Assembly: GCF_036321535.1 (NCBI RefSeq)
Contig: NC_087447.1
Location: 41,232,001 to 41,296,000 of the forward strand
Direction of reading: 5' to 3'
Source of the DNA: Camelus dromedarius
Lineage: Eukaryota
Length of the DNA: 64,000 bases
Every line of letters starts with the position of its first letter. The stretch's first letter is position 1. This document shows positions 51,601 to 64,000 of this stretch, piece by piece. Under the pieces are notes generated by a model. That model ran no database searches. It saw only the letters and a list, made by a program, of their open reading frames with translations, and had not been told where the DNA came from. A program made the position numbers and the translations under genes.

Positions 51601-51903
51601 CCAGAAACAGCTTGTATGTTACCACAAGTCCAAATAATGAGCCATTCTTTAAAATAACTTAGTTACTATACAGATGCAGGTTTTGGAGCCTGTTTGCAAT
51701 TATAAAATGTGTGTGATACTACCTAAAACTTTCGTCCTCGGGCAGGTTGCTCGTTTGACACAGAATCAAAATTTTCTGCCAAGAGTTTTTATATATTTTG
51801 TAAGTACTGCTTATTTTGTCAAATTACAAATTTATAGGTGAATCAGTGGCTAACCTGGCTAGAAACTGCTGAAGAAGAAGAATCAGAGGAAGAAGCTGAC
51901 TAA
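42665..51903 (+). CDS. EIF4G2: Eukaryotic translation initiation factor 4 gamma 2 (DAP5/NAT1/p97), GUG-initiated, 907 aa
   Basis: Coding exons read by hand, all GT-AG: 42665-42705, 43042-43107, 43763-43903, 44652-44754, 45458-45589, 45677-45743, 45828-45979, 46345-46455, 46654-46737, 46831-46929, 47182-47323, 47422-47582, 47978-48091, 48694-48819, 48959-49063, 49149-49364, 49449-49707, 50017-50221, 50376-50587, 50675-50796, 51838-51903. Total 2724 nt = 907 aa + TAA. N-terminus (M)ESAIAEGGASRFS; MIF4G (KMLGNIKFIGEL), MA3 and W2 (WLTWLETAEEEESEEEAD) regions; DETD caspase site at 50416-50427. Confidence 0.98.
43443..43619. mobile_element. MER5A hAT-Charlie MITE in EIF4G2 intron 3
   Basis: TGGTTCTCAAGGTGTGG...CATCACCTGAGAGCTTGCTAGAAAT...GTTTGAGAACCACTG. 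Confidence 0.85.
44292..44470 (-). mobile_element. L1 3' end fragment in EIF4G2 intron 4
   Basis: TTGAAGTATAGTTGATTTACAATGTTGTGTTA...TTCCCTGTGTTATACAGTAGG. Confidence 0.8.
48144..48286 (+). ncRNA. SNORD97: Box C/D snoRNA SNORD97 (U97) in EIF4G2 intron 14
   Basis: Terminal stem TTGCCC/GGGCAA; C-like box GATGATT at the 5' end; variant D box ATGA at 48277-48280; pyrimidine-rich interior. Recognised sequence and known host gene. Confidence 0.93.
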
Positions 51904-52665
51904 AAGAACCAGCCAAAGCCTTAAATTGTGCAAAACATACTGTTGCTATGATGTAACTGCATTTGACCTAACCACTGCGAAAATTCATTCCGCTGTAATG
52001 TTTTCACAATATTTAAAGCAGAAGCACGTCAGTTAGGATTTCCTTCTGCATAAGGTTTTTTGTAGTGTAATGTCTTAATCATAGTCTACCATCAAATATT
52101 TTAGGAGTATCTTTAATGTTTAGATAGTATATTAGCAGCATGCAATAATTACATCATAAGTTCTCAAGCAGAGGCAGTCTATTGCAAGGACCTTCTTTGC
52201 TGCCAGTTATCATAGGCTGTTTTAAGTTAGAAAACTGAATAGCAACACTGAATACTGTAGAAATGCACTTTGCTCAGTAATACTTGAGTTGTTGCAATAT
52301 TTGATTATCCATTTGGTTGTTACAGAAAAATTCTTAACTGTAATTGATGGTTGTTGCCGTAATAGTATATTGCCTGTATTTCTACCTCTAGTAATGGGCT
52401 TTATGTGCTAGATTTTAATATCCTTGAGCCTGGGCAAGTGCACAAGTCTTTTTAAAAGAAACATGGTTTACTTGCACAAAACTGATCAGTTTTGAGAGAT
52501 CGTAAATGCCCTTGAAGTGGTTTTTGTGGGTGTGAAACAAATGGTGAGAATTTGAATTGGTCCCTCTTATTATAGTATTGAAATTAAGTCTACTTAATTT
52601 ATCAAGTCATGTTCATGCCCTGATTTTATATACTTGTATCTATCAATAAACATTGTGATACTTGA
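51904..52665 (+). other. EIF4G2: EIF4G2 3' UTR
   Basis: Repeat-free AT-rich stretch from the stop codon to the polyA signal. Confidence 0.85.
52645..52650 (+). terminator. EIF4G2 polyadenylation signal
   Basis: AATAAA followed ~25 nt later by a GT/T-rich element (GTTGTGTGTGACTTTT). Confidence 0.85.
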
Positions 52666-55600
52666 TAGAGTTGTGTGTGACTTTTAGTATATGAGAATTG
52701 ATAGCTTTTGTTTTGAAATTATGAAGTTCCCAAGATAGGTCTCTTTTTCATGGTAAGAATTCAAGGTGGTTATTCCTCTTTAGCTCAGGTTACTATAAGT
52801 AATCAGTTTGCAATTCCTGTACTCAAGGGCAGTGCTGAGAATCACAAGTATCACGAATTACGAGGGACGTTGCAAATGCATAGCAACAAATTTGGTGGTA
52901 TTTTTTTAATCGTCGTAATGAAATACATGAAACTGAGAGGTTTACCACACTCATGGTCAAGACAATCATGGCTATCTTGTCATTCTCAGTAGCTAGCCCC
53001 ACCCAGGAAATTCTCCCCACAGTAGCCCAGTAAAATTGGCACCTTAATCCAACTGAAGCTCTGCATGGAGGTTTAAGATGTGTCCAGAAACCGTGTAAGC
53101 ATCTGCTGAAGCCCCCAACCTCTTGCTCACCAGCCCTAGGAATGTGACTTTGCTAACTGGCTGGGGCTTGGATAGGGGCTTTTGAGAAAGTGCTGGCATT
53201 CTGGTTGCTGTCTTTGTTTCTGAGAGCAACCTGTACCTGGTTTGGGGAACGCCTCTAGGCAGACAGTAACACACCTTACTGCTAAATCCGATAGAACCTT
53301 CGTCTTCCAAGTTCTACCTGCTTATTCTCCAAGGGGCAGAGGAGGGTAAAACCACTACCTATGTCCTATTGGAGCCGGCAGCTAGCTCTTCCTGTCTTCT
53401 GGCAGTCCTCTAAACTGAAGTTATAACAGAAGTACTTCATTATTAAAGCTCAGCAGAGGCTTGTGTATATGACTAGATACAACAATTTTGGGAAGCTGAC
53501 TTGACTAGGCTGTAGAAATAATAAAGGAGCAATAAATGGCATTTCTGGTTGTCTGCCTAACCCTCCATAAGAGGGGAACTGATTTAAAACCCAGCAAGTG
53601 GCCTATTGTTAGGGAGGTGGGTCTTGGCTTCGGGTTACAGCCAGAGTTCTCCCAATTCAGCTAGAGACTTGGGCCAAAGGAAGTCCCAGAGTTAGGCCTG
53701 ATGTGTAGAGGTTTGTTCCTGATTGTAGAAGTCAGACTTCGTCCTCCACCTGCCCCACTGCTTCAAGAAAACTTTAAAAGAATGGACACTCCCATCTTGT
53801 TCCAAAAACACTGACCAGGGTATTTTACAACCTGCCATACTATGGAGTAACATTTGGCTGTACTTGGCACGCGCCTTGTGTGGATGTCGTGCTGCTTCGG
53901 ATCAGCATGCAGTGACTTGTCTTAAAAGTAGGATTCCACATCTTCCCCGGTTTTGGCTTTCTTACGTGTACAGCAAAACAGGTTAACTATATTTTGTCAA
54001 TTCCTGTTTTTCCTCATTTTCTAACAGGTTGCCCTTAACTCCACCAAACCTTTCTCAGTATCACCTGTAACTCCAGTGCTGTCTGTATCCAATAGGTTTT
54101 CATCATCTGTAGGCAGCATTTGACAGTAAATCATTCCTTGAGACTTCACTTCAGGACATCTTAATTTTCTTCCTTGCTCTGTGTTCCTCAGTCTCCAAAG
54201 GCAAATGCCGGCTGTCAAGCCTAATCTCCGATGATCAAATTTCCCTTCAAATTACCAAATCCTCCCTTAAAAACAATAGAACTTGCCTCTTCAATTGCTG
54301 CTGTCATTTCTCACCTAAGTACCACGTAAGCCGCCTGCTTTGTCCTTGCTCTTCTTTGGTCTCTTCAACACAATAGCCAGAAGAAGAATCCTTTAAAACA
54401 AAACAAACCGCTTAGCACAAAATCTACCAAATGGTTTCCACCTGGACTTTAAAGTCGAAATACTTAAATCTGATCGACACAGCCCTACATCTGATCTAGT
54501 CTTCCCTCCTTCCTGTCCTTACCCCACACCCTGTCTGATCTAAGTTCTTGCCGCCGGCCCTTTCCCATTCTGTTCCCCCGGCCCTGGCCTCCTTAAGTTT
54601 CCCTGGGACATGCCAAACGGGGATTTTCTGTTGCTGCTTTCCTCTGGATAATGGGATGACTGGCTCTCTTTCCCTCAAGTCTCGGGTTAAGTATCACTTT
54701 TATTAGTAAGGTCTCCACTGTCTACCCTATTTTAAAATGTAATCCTGAACACATTTTTTCCTGCTGTAGGTATCTCCACGTCACATTAGCATGTGACACG
54801 CTGCAGTTTGTATCTGACTCCCACCAGAATGACATTCTTGACTTGTTAACTGCTGTATCCCCAGCACCTAGAACAGCGCCTAGCACACGGAAGCACTCGA
54901 GTTGATGAACCAAATCACAAACTAATACATAATCCTTCATGGCAAGATCTGGACGTGGAAGGGTGAGTGGAAAAACTCGAGGTTATGTTCTAGCTAGATC
55001 TAGGATTCATTCCTATCACTTATTAGCAGTGTGGTCTTAGGCAAGGTATTTTATTTCTCTGACTCTTGATTTCTTTTGAAAGTGGGGCTAAGGCTTAAGA
55101 ATTGCCATGAGAGCTGAATAAGGCGTACGTGGAAGTCCCTGGCAGAGAGCCTCATACATAGTAGTCCTTGTCAATGTCTGGCTTCTCAGTAGCTTTCTCA
55201 AGACTTCTCACGAGGAGAGCTGCTTCCAGCCTGAGCTTCCAGTCGCCAGCTAAGTCCAGCGGGCATTTCTCAGTCTTCTTCCTTGTCCTATCAATAGCTT
55301 TCAACAGTCAGCTGCTCTCTTTCCTATTTTGTTGGTTTTCCTCAGGTTTCTTGGTCTCCTTTCAAGGCTCTCTTTTATAGCCAGGTTCATGAATGGTACT
55401 CCTCAGCACTGTCGCTCCTGTAGCTCCAGCGACCACCTCTGTGCTGATGACATCTATATCTTGAGTCCCAGTTTCTTCCCAGAACATTAAACTTGCACAT
55501 CTAACCAGCCCCTGGACATTTTCTCTGCGTGTACCACAAGCACTTCAAAGGCAGCACGTCCATCACTAAACTCTTTCCCCCAAACCAACATTTCCTCTTC

Positions 55601-57919
55601 TCCTGGCTCTGAATGATAACCTATTTGCACTAGCTCACTAGATGGAAACTTAAAATAGGGATTTATCAATAAATTCTCGTTGAAGGAACTTGACTTTTTC
55701 TCATTTGTAGCCGCCCTGGCCTTACATTTCCCAGTGCTTCCAATGCAATTACAAAGCACCCAGTTCCCCACATTACATTAATTTATTTATTTGCACATGC
55801 ACGAGTGAGCACCCTGTCTGTGCCAGCCTGGCACTAGGGGCTGGGACACAGCATGAGTAAGATGCCATTCCTCTCCCCAAGGACCCCGCTGTCCAGCAGG
55901 AGGGACAGGAACAGATCCTGTGGGACACATTGAGATGAGAGAAAGGGGATACCTGAGCTGAGAGGAGGAAACATCCTGGAGAAGCTGAGACTTCAAGGAA
56001 GAGTCACTTTCCCAGCAAACATTCGAGGGAGGGCTTTCCAGGCACAGGTGGGGAACACAACACCTTTCTTCTGGCTCCACAGTGCTCCCATCTCCCACTC
56101 TACACCTGGATAGAGTCCATGCGACACTTCTGAGTGAGGGGACAGACATCCTTCATCTTCTGCTCGATGAAATCAGCTGTGCAGTGGGAACAGGAGGACA
56201 AGGAATTGCAACGCTCTTTCCCACTTACCTCAATAGATTATGAGACAGTCTTCCAAGGAGCATCCTCCAAGGAAAGCCAGGGAGCTTGCCAGGGAGACTC
56301 CTGAGCACAGAGCAAAGAGGAGCAGAAGCAGGACACTGAAGTCACACAGGCTGCCCAGACCCACAGGCTGTCCTCCCAGCCTCTCATCTGGAGTTAGTCC
56401 AGGAGGATGAGCTAGAGCAAAGCCACCCATCAGGATTCTGTCTCTGTAGCGCCGTCTGCTGGGCTCCCAGGAGAAGGCCCCCACCCCCTCCTTGGCAGGA
56501 GGATACCCGTACGGGTCCTTGTCCCACAAGAAAGGCCAAGACCTATTGAACATGCTTATCAATGGAAGAAGAAGCAGTGAGAATTTTGGCCTCAACTGTG
56601 AATAATGATGATGAGACGGATAAGCAGTGAATTCTTGAGGGCTGCTCAGGTCTACACGGGACATTCAGAGTCACAGACTGGAATCTGAATCCCAGCTCAC
56701 CCAATAATTAGTTCCATGAGCTTAGGTCAATCACTTTTCCTCTCTGGGCTTCATTTGTTTTTTCTGTGAAATAATCCTTGGTTTGTCCACCTCCTAGAAT
56801 TATTTAATTAGCCAGGTAGACAGGTAATGAAAAACAGCATGGGCAGGTGTGGGATTGCCCTACCAGCCCATTCATCTTATACATATTTAGTGAGTCCCAG
56901 CTACGTGCCAGGCACTATTCCAGTGCTGCGGATTTAACAGTGAATCAGACAGTCTTCTCACGGAGCAAACAATCTGGAGAGAGAGGGAATAAACACATAG
57001 TGTCAGTAGTAAAAAGTGCTATATAAGGAGAAAGAACAAGAGAGAAGGAGTGTTGTGAATGCTACTTGAAACAGGGTATTCAGGAAACACCTTATGAGGA
57101 AGTGACCTCTGAGCAAAGATCTAAATACAGCGAGGGAGTGAACTATGCCGATGTCTGGAGGAAGAAGGGGAGCAAAGCCAATAGCCCTGAGATGGGAACG
57201 CAGGTAGGGGGCCTGAGGGTCAATGCAGGGGTCAGTGCAGCGGAGCAAAGTAGGGCCTGAGGCTGGAGAGGGGCAGGGGTGACATGTAGAGCTAATAGGA
57301 CATGGTGATGACTTTGGTTTTTATTCTCAGTGAAGCAGACTGTCTTTGGAGGAATGCTATTATTATTTATTAGTGGTATTAATAACTTATTAATACTACC
57401 CAGTGCTGTGCTATGGCATATTATTATGATTATGCTAGCTAACATTTCTTGAGAGTTAGCCAAGGCCAGGCTGGACTAGGTACATTAGCTTAATCATTGC
57501 ATTTCATCTTCCCAACCTCCTTGAGGCAGATACTTCACCATCATCTGCATTTTACTGACGAGGAAACTGAGGTACAGAGAAGTTAAGCACCTTGCTGAGA
57601 TTTTTCATTCATTCAGGAAGTGGTTGGGAGCACCTTCCACATGCTCTTTCAAAGGGCTAAGACAGTGTGAAGTCACGGGGTTGTGACTCGGACGGACCCT
57701 GCACTGCATCACGAGAACCAGCCCTCACCGCCACGCTGCACAGCTGCAGCTGAGGGGCCAGAGAGGAGGAGAGGAAGGCAGAGGCCTGTCCCTGCGGCAG
57801 CGCGCCCCTCCTTCTGGGGAGTGTGTAGTCAGAGCTGGGTGAGCCCACGACGCTGCAGGCGCCTCTGAGGGTCCAGCCATACAACCTGAGGTGAGGAACC
57901 GTCAGCCTCCAAATCCTCT

Positions 57920-58335
57920 TGTAATGGGTTGAGTTGTGTCCCCCTCAAAAGATGTGTTGAAGCCCTAACTCTAGGTACCTGCCAATGTGACCTTATATGG
58001 AAATCAGGTCTTTACAGATGTCATCAAGTTAAAATGAGGTCATTAGGGTGGACCCAATTCCTGAGGATGCTGTCCTTAAGAGAGACACACACAGACACGC
58101 AGGGAGAACACAACGTGATGACAGAGGCAGAGACTGGAGTGATGTCTCTACAAGCCAAGTAACACCAGAAACGAAGAGAAAGGCATGAAACAGATGCTCC
58201 CCTAGGGCCTTCAGGTGCCCACCGACGTCTCAGTTTTGGACTTGTAGCCTCCAGAACTGTGAGAGAATAAATTTATTTCGTTTTAAGTCACCCAGTTTGC
58301 GGCACTGTATTACAGCAGCCCCAGGAACCTGACAC
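57920..58335 (+). mobile_element. MLT1B/C-like MaLR LTR
   Basis: TGTAATGGGTTGAGTTGTGTCCCCCTCAAAAGAT...CCTCCAGAACTGTGAGAGAATAAATT. Confidence 0.85.
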
Positions 58336-58679
58336 ACCTCCCGCTCCTGCAACCCCCCAGCCAGGGCCACCATGCGCCTTCTAGTCTGCACCTTCCTGTC
58401 CCCCTTCCCTCCCAGAACCCAGCAGCTGCTTCACTGCTCAGCTGGGGGCCAAAGGAGAGGGAAGGGTTTGGATGAATGAACAAATGAGTGAGTGCGTGTG
58501 TGGTGGAGCTCTGTTCAGTTCTGAGAAAAGCCAACTCTGAAGACGTGACCGCACTAGTAATCCACTTCAGCACTGAAAAATCATAAAATAGAAAGTATGC
58601 CCATAGAGAAGATACAAAGTTAACCACATTCGTTTTTTAAATAATCTGGGGGCAGGGTGACCTTTCTAAGCAGGATACC

Positions 58680-58858
58680 AGGGGCCATTCCAGACTTTGT
58701 AGGGCCTGAAGTGTATCTAATTTGAGGAAGTCCTCCTTTTAAGGAAAAGAGTATAAAATTACAAATACAAATTTGGGTACAGGGCCTTTGGGAAGAGGCC
58801 CAGGCAGGTGGAGTTCCTGAAGCATAAGCTTCTTTAACTTCATGGAAAATCCATCTCT

Positions 58859-58859
<1 letters not shown>
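58680..58859 (+). mobile_element. MER53 hAT element, inserted in an old L1 fragment
   Basis: TTTGTAGGGCCTGAAG...AAAATTACAAATACAAA...GGTACAGGGCC...CTTCATGGAAAATCCATCTCTG. Confidence 0.8.

Positions 58860-58862
<3 letters not shown>

Positions 58863-58892
<30 letters not shown>
58863..58892 (+). repeat. Poly-A run (~30 nt)
   Basis: Direct inspection. Confidence 0.95.
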
Positions 58893-58895
<3 letters not shown>

Positions 58896-61800
58896 AGAAA
58901 CCATAAAGGAATTGTTGACAAGATTTATCTATTAACCTGTTTGGCTCTAAATAAACAAAAGACAAAAGGAAAAATATTTGCCATATGCACAGCAAAGGGT
59001 TAACCTTAAAAATCTTAAAAATCAACAGGGAAAATGGTTAACCTTTTCGAGCCCTGATAATGTGCCTGGACCCCAGCAAATGTCATCACCTCTGATCCTC
59101 AGATCAGTTCTGGGGTGCAGATGTTATCCCCGTGCAAACAGTAGGAAACTGGGGCCAAGGGAGATCAAGCCACCATTCAAAGGCACACAGTTTGTCAGTG
59201 GAAGAGTTCGGATTTAGAATTTGAATGACTCTAAAGCTCATATGTTTTCTATTAGACATAGTCAAAATTGGAGCTGATTTCCAAAGGTGGAAAAAAGAAA
59301 AGAACATGGCAATCCAGGCCGTGGACAGCCGCAGTTTTTCATCCCTGAGAGAGGGAGTGGCCTGACATTTTAACGATTTGTTTCCAATTACAGTTACAAG
59401 GTTCTCAGTTACTTTTTTGTACAACAAGGTATTATTTAAGGATGACGCATGAACCTGAAATGGTCCAACCAATGTTGGTTTACTATGTTTATGGAGGACC
59501 TTTGGTGGACTTGGTGTAAAAAACCAAACTGAAAAAGCACAAAGAAATTTAACGCAGATTTCCTCATTATTCCTGGGGATGTGATCACATAATCTAAAGA
59601 CTGAGCAAAAGTTATAAATACGCCATTTTAAAAGAATCGCTTTAAAAATCGGTACACTAAGTGGAGATGGAAAACACCCCCACCTGCTGGATAAAAGGGA
59701 AGCCCTAATGTCCTAATGCAACGCAGATGGACCCTTATAGCTCCAGTGACCTCTCCAGCCACACATAGACAGACCTGGATCTCAAACAATGCCATGAAAG
59801 GGAAAGAAACGTTCTCTCAAAAACCACGTTAGATGATTCAGAAAGTGGCTTGGGACCAGGATCCTGGTCAAAGATTTTGTGATGAATTCGAATAAAATAA
59901 TTTTATGAAACATGAATGGAGAAAAGCACTTGTTCTTACTGTTTTACTTTATATAATACGTAATTTTAAGCATGCATTTGTAATTAAATTAATAAATATT
60001 ACTGGTAGACGTGGAACTATTACACCTACATCCCCAAAGTTTATACACTTAAGTTAATCAAAAACCTTTGCAGTGGTGAGGTAACCTTTACCATCAAATG
60101 AGGTCACGTTGTAATTCAGACCACCATATATTTGGGCATATATGATATTTGGGGCTCAAAGTTCAATTGCTGCTTTATCTTCGGAAATGCTGAGCAGTGA
60201 ACACTAAGTGTCTCGTGTAAAGTGGACACTGCATTGTTTGGTCCCATCGCTTTACAAAAGCAGCATCAATAGCAAAGCACCATGGAGAGACAAGGTCGCA
60301 TCCACACACTTCTGCTCCAGGGCCACAGGGGAGCTGAGAAGGGCACCCAGCCTCTGCTCTAGGACTGACGTTGCTCCCATAGTTCTTATGCCCCACTCCC
60401 CGCTGCAGGAGAGATTATCGCCAGTGGCTCCCTCCATGCAGCTTGAACTGGTCACCCATCTTCCCATCATGCCTCACTCCCTCCTCAGCCCACCAGAAGC
60501 CTGAGGGTGCCCCCCGCTGTCTCCGTCCACCCTGGACCCTCGCCACTGTGAACTTCTCCATACATCTGTCTCTCTGTCCCAAGTCCCCACCCCTGCTCTC
60601 TCGAAACCTTCGTCCGCACCCTCTGGGTCCCACAGTCTCTCACCAGCACCCGTCCCTGTATCCTCAATCTCTCTCCAGACATTCCTGCCACCTTGTTCTG
60701 AAGGAAACCTGGTTGTTCCCTGATGCCATCACTTCCCCCGCTGTCTTTCCTCTCATGCCAATGGCCTTGGTGGTCCAGTGTCCACCTCACTTCCCACCAG
60801 CACTGTCCAGTCACTTCTGCCCTCCTTTCTTCCAAGGACCTGGATCCTTTGAAGTTTGCACCACCAGACGTTACTACATCCCTGGGGTATGCATACTTCC
60901 CCACTCTTCAAAATAACCGTCTCCCATCTTCTCCTCCTTCCCCACCTAAGCCTCCTCTGACTCCTCCCTCCCACTTCCATGTCTCTCCACACTCCAGCCC
61001 TAGCTGGTGAAGTTGCCTCGCCAGGCTTTTCACCCTCAATGGAAAAAAACATTGTTGCTGTTCCACCAGCCAGAGCGTATTTGTAACAGTATATAATCTC
61101 GCTACTCCCAGTGTAGTCTTTGGACTAGTATCACCTGGGAGCTTGTTAGAATTGCAAAATATCTGGTCTTACTCCAGATCTACTGGATCGGAATCCCATT
61201 AAGGTTGGACGAGCCCTGATGCACAATTTACCAGGCCTCCCTTGCTGACAACCAGCTGTGGTGGCCTGGGACTCAGCTGCTACTTCCTCAAGAAGCAGTT
61301 CTTTCCCTCCCATGCCTTCCTGCCGTTGAAACTACTGACTTGCCCACAGTTGCCCCAGTGTGTGATCCCCCTCCTTTTACTATAGTTGAAAGGTCCCAGC
61401 TCTTTCCAAAAGCCTAACCCTCTCCCCATTCTCAGACCCCATTCCCTGGGACCAAAAAACTGCAAGGCATTTGTTGTCCCCACCACAGGGAGCAGGGGGC
61501 CACTGAATCCAGCACAACTGTCCGTGGGAGTACACTGCCAGCTCATATGACAACCAAGAGCTTTGAGGCTGCTTTGAATAGGGGTTTGGGACAAGATCAG
61601 CTGTTTGCAATATGAGATTCCAGCAGGATGAGCCTCTGGGTCTTCTTGGAGGACCAAAAGTTTGGATACATGAGTTCCGGAACTTCTGTGAACCAAGAAA
61701 AAGAGGGATGCTTGTGGCTCCAATGCCAAAAGTTCAGAGTAGACCAATAAGATGGTTGCAGGTGTTGAAGGAAGGTTTAAAAACCTGCTAAACCAGCCCC

Positions 61801-64000
61801 AGCACTTGTCCTTCACTTTATTGCTCACAGCCAAGGAAGATGATGGTCTCCCGCCTCCCATCTCCTTGGCCCAAGAATGCCCCTTCGCATGGCTTCCCTG
61901 CCACTCCAGGTTGGAGGCAGCAGGAGGAGAGATAAACGAGGAGTGTGCTGCACACAGCACGGCCACACACGCTGGCCAGGACAACCCGGCAGCAGGCAGG
62001 AAATGAAGTCTCCACTTCTTTCCAGTGGAGGAAATTGGAGCACTAGCTTGCACAGGAGAAATCAAAGCAGCATTGTTTCAAAGAACAAAACAGCCCGGGA
62101 GAGAGCAAAGGCTGTGGCGTGGAGCCCGCTTGGGAGAAGATGCTATCACAGACACTCCACCCCACTTAGAGGAATCCAATCTGTCTGGGACTAAAAACCC
62201 ACTTACAGATTCATTAACTAGGATCGTGCTTAGAGGAGTCATCTTTTAGTTTGACTAATAGTCAGTGCCTTCACGATGGTCAAAATGAGAACAAAATCTG
62301 GTGAGCATTATTCATGGTTTCTAAGAAACAGCAACGTGGAGAGTCCAGCCGCGCCCTTGCTGACGGCCGCCATGTCTGGGAAGAGGCCCCTGGACTCAGA
62401 CCCAAGGCCTGCCATTCACAGTCCAAGTGTAAACATGGCTCCAACAAAACAGATCTGCTAAAAGCCATTGTAGGAGAGAAGAATGGAGCTGCCGGAGCTC
62501 TCAGAGCAGAGGCTCCAATCTTTCTCTCCATTTTTAGATAAGAAATTCCATTTTAAGAACAAAGTATCAGTGAGCACCTACTTCTTGCCATCTTAGGCTC
62601 AGCCCTTGGAAAACAGATGAAGAAGGTATAATCCCTGTCCTTGGGTTCACTGTCTGGTGGGGACAGATGAACAGATCATTTCAGTCAGTGGTCTGGGGTC
62701 ATTCAGAGCAGAGGTGAGGAGCCTGGCACAACCTCACTTTCTGTAGGAACACACAACAATAACCAGTGTTCAAATTATGACCCTGAGCCATCCAAAGAGG
62801 GATAAATATCTCACTCAAAAGTGCTATATGTGGGTACAATTGAGAAAGGACACACGAGAAGCCTCTGGTAGGTGTGTAGGTGTCATATTTTCATATTTAA
62901 TCACATCACATCTTTGTCTGTGTTCATGATAAAAATAATGAATGAAGCTGAGTCTTTGGCAACATGGAGTATTGTGACGGAACTTCCTTTCCCCAGATCC
63001 AGATTCCAGCACAGGCTACAGTCATCTTTCCTTACTGTTAAGTCAGTTTGAAACAGTGTTTTCTGTGATTTGTCATCAAAAGCATCTTAATTGCAATAGG
63101 ATGCAGCATTTACCTAACTTATCTGGCTGTGGAATTCTTTCTCAAGGAACAGCTTTTGGGACTGGTGCTTCAGGGAAACCATTCTGGTGAACACACTGGA
63201 TTAGAGTTCTACTTAGGAGACAGAAATGACAAGAAGGTGAATTTACAAATTTAGTGGCTTCTGGATAAGGGACTTGAAAATCCAGCCCTGATGTCTTTTA
63301 TCTAATAAATGTCCTCTTCACGACTTCACTGTGAGGTGCATGAACAAATACAGATTTGTCCTGGGAGTGTTGCCATAGTGACAATCTAGAATTGATCAAC
63401 TATGTCAAGGAAGATGCATAAAAAGTTAAGATCTTTTCCAAAACCCAATATTTTCAAAATGAAAAATGTTTCCAAACATTTTTCCTATAGTAAGCAGAAT
63501 AAATAAAAGCAAAAAGCAAGAGCAAACACATGTATTTCACAAGCAAAAATATAATCTATCTGTACTGATGAAAAAATTAGGCCTAACACAGCATAGTTTC
63601 CAATTACTTGACACAGAAGGACCTCAAGGTACTAACGCAGTTGACATAGGCTAGACAGTCTGTTTAAAATTCACTGCAATGACCCTGGAATGTATAACTT
63701 GAAAGGATCCCAAATAACCTTATTTTATAAGTAGGGATACTGAGGTGGGAAAGTGAAGCGTTTGGTCACATCCGTGTGAGTGACAGAGCCAGGCTAGAGG
63801 CCAGGGCAGCCAGCCTTTCACAGGGGCCTGATGCAAAGTCAGACTCTGAGGACAGGCTGCAGTGTGTTGATTCGCCCCACCCAAAGTAGTGGATGCACTG
63901 ACATCTAGAAGGACTTAGTTGGCCTGTAGCATCTATTCTGATGCTGTGTAGGTGAGCGTCACCCCCGACCTGTTCTGCTCTAACCCTTCCGACAAGAGCA

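Noticed and set aside
61280..62541. 261-aa minus-strand ORF and neighbouring ORFs; possible retrocopy
   Set aside because: No recognisable protein family, non-ATG start, no polyA tail or TSD seen. It cannot be assigned without a tBLASTx search.

Overview
Mammalian (eutherian) genomic DNA. tRNA-derived SINEs of the camelid type suggest camel, alpaca or llama. There are two + strand genes. (1) ZBED5/Buster1 is a domesticated hAT (Buster/Charlie) transposase: a single coding exon at 8718-10802 with two upstream leader exons. (2) EIF4G2 (DAP5/NAT1/p97) has 22 exons, a GUG start at 42665 and 907 aa, and hosts the C/D snoRNA SNORD97. The rest is old repeats (L1, L2, MIR, MaLR/ERVL LTRs, hAT and Tigger MITEs). 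Main observation: ZBED5's promoter, exon 1, intron 1 and exon 2 (~4.0-7.8 kb) are a diverged direct duplicate of the EIF4G2 5' end (~39.3-43.0 kb). The copy keeps the CCAAT and YY1 sites, the uORF start, the pyrimidine tract and the non-AUG GUG initiator. With the inferred splice, this GUG frame is in frame with the transposase and separated from it by one UGA. That UGA starts a chain of three overlapping UGAUG stop-start junctions ending exactly on the transposase AUG. This is a candidate translational relay. The motifs are seen directly; their function is inference.
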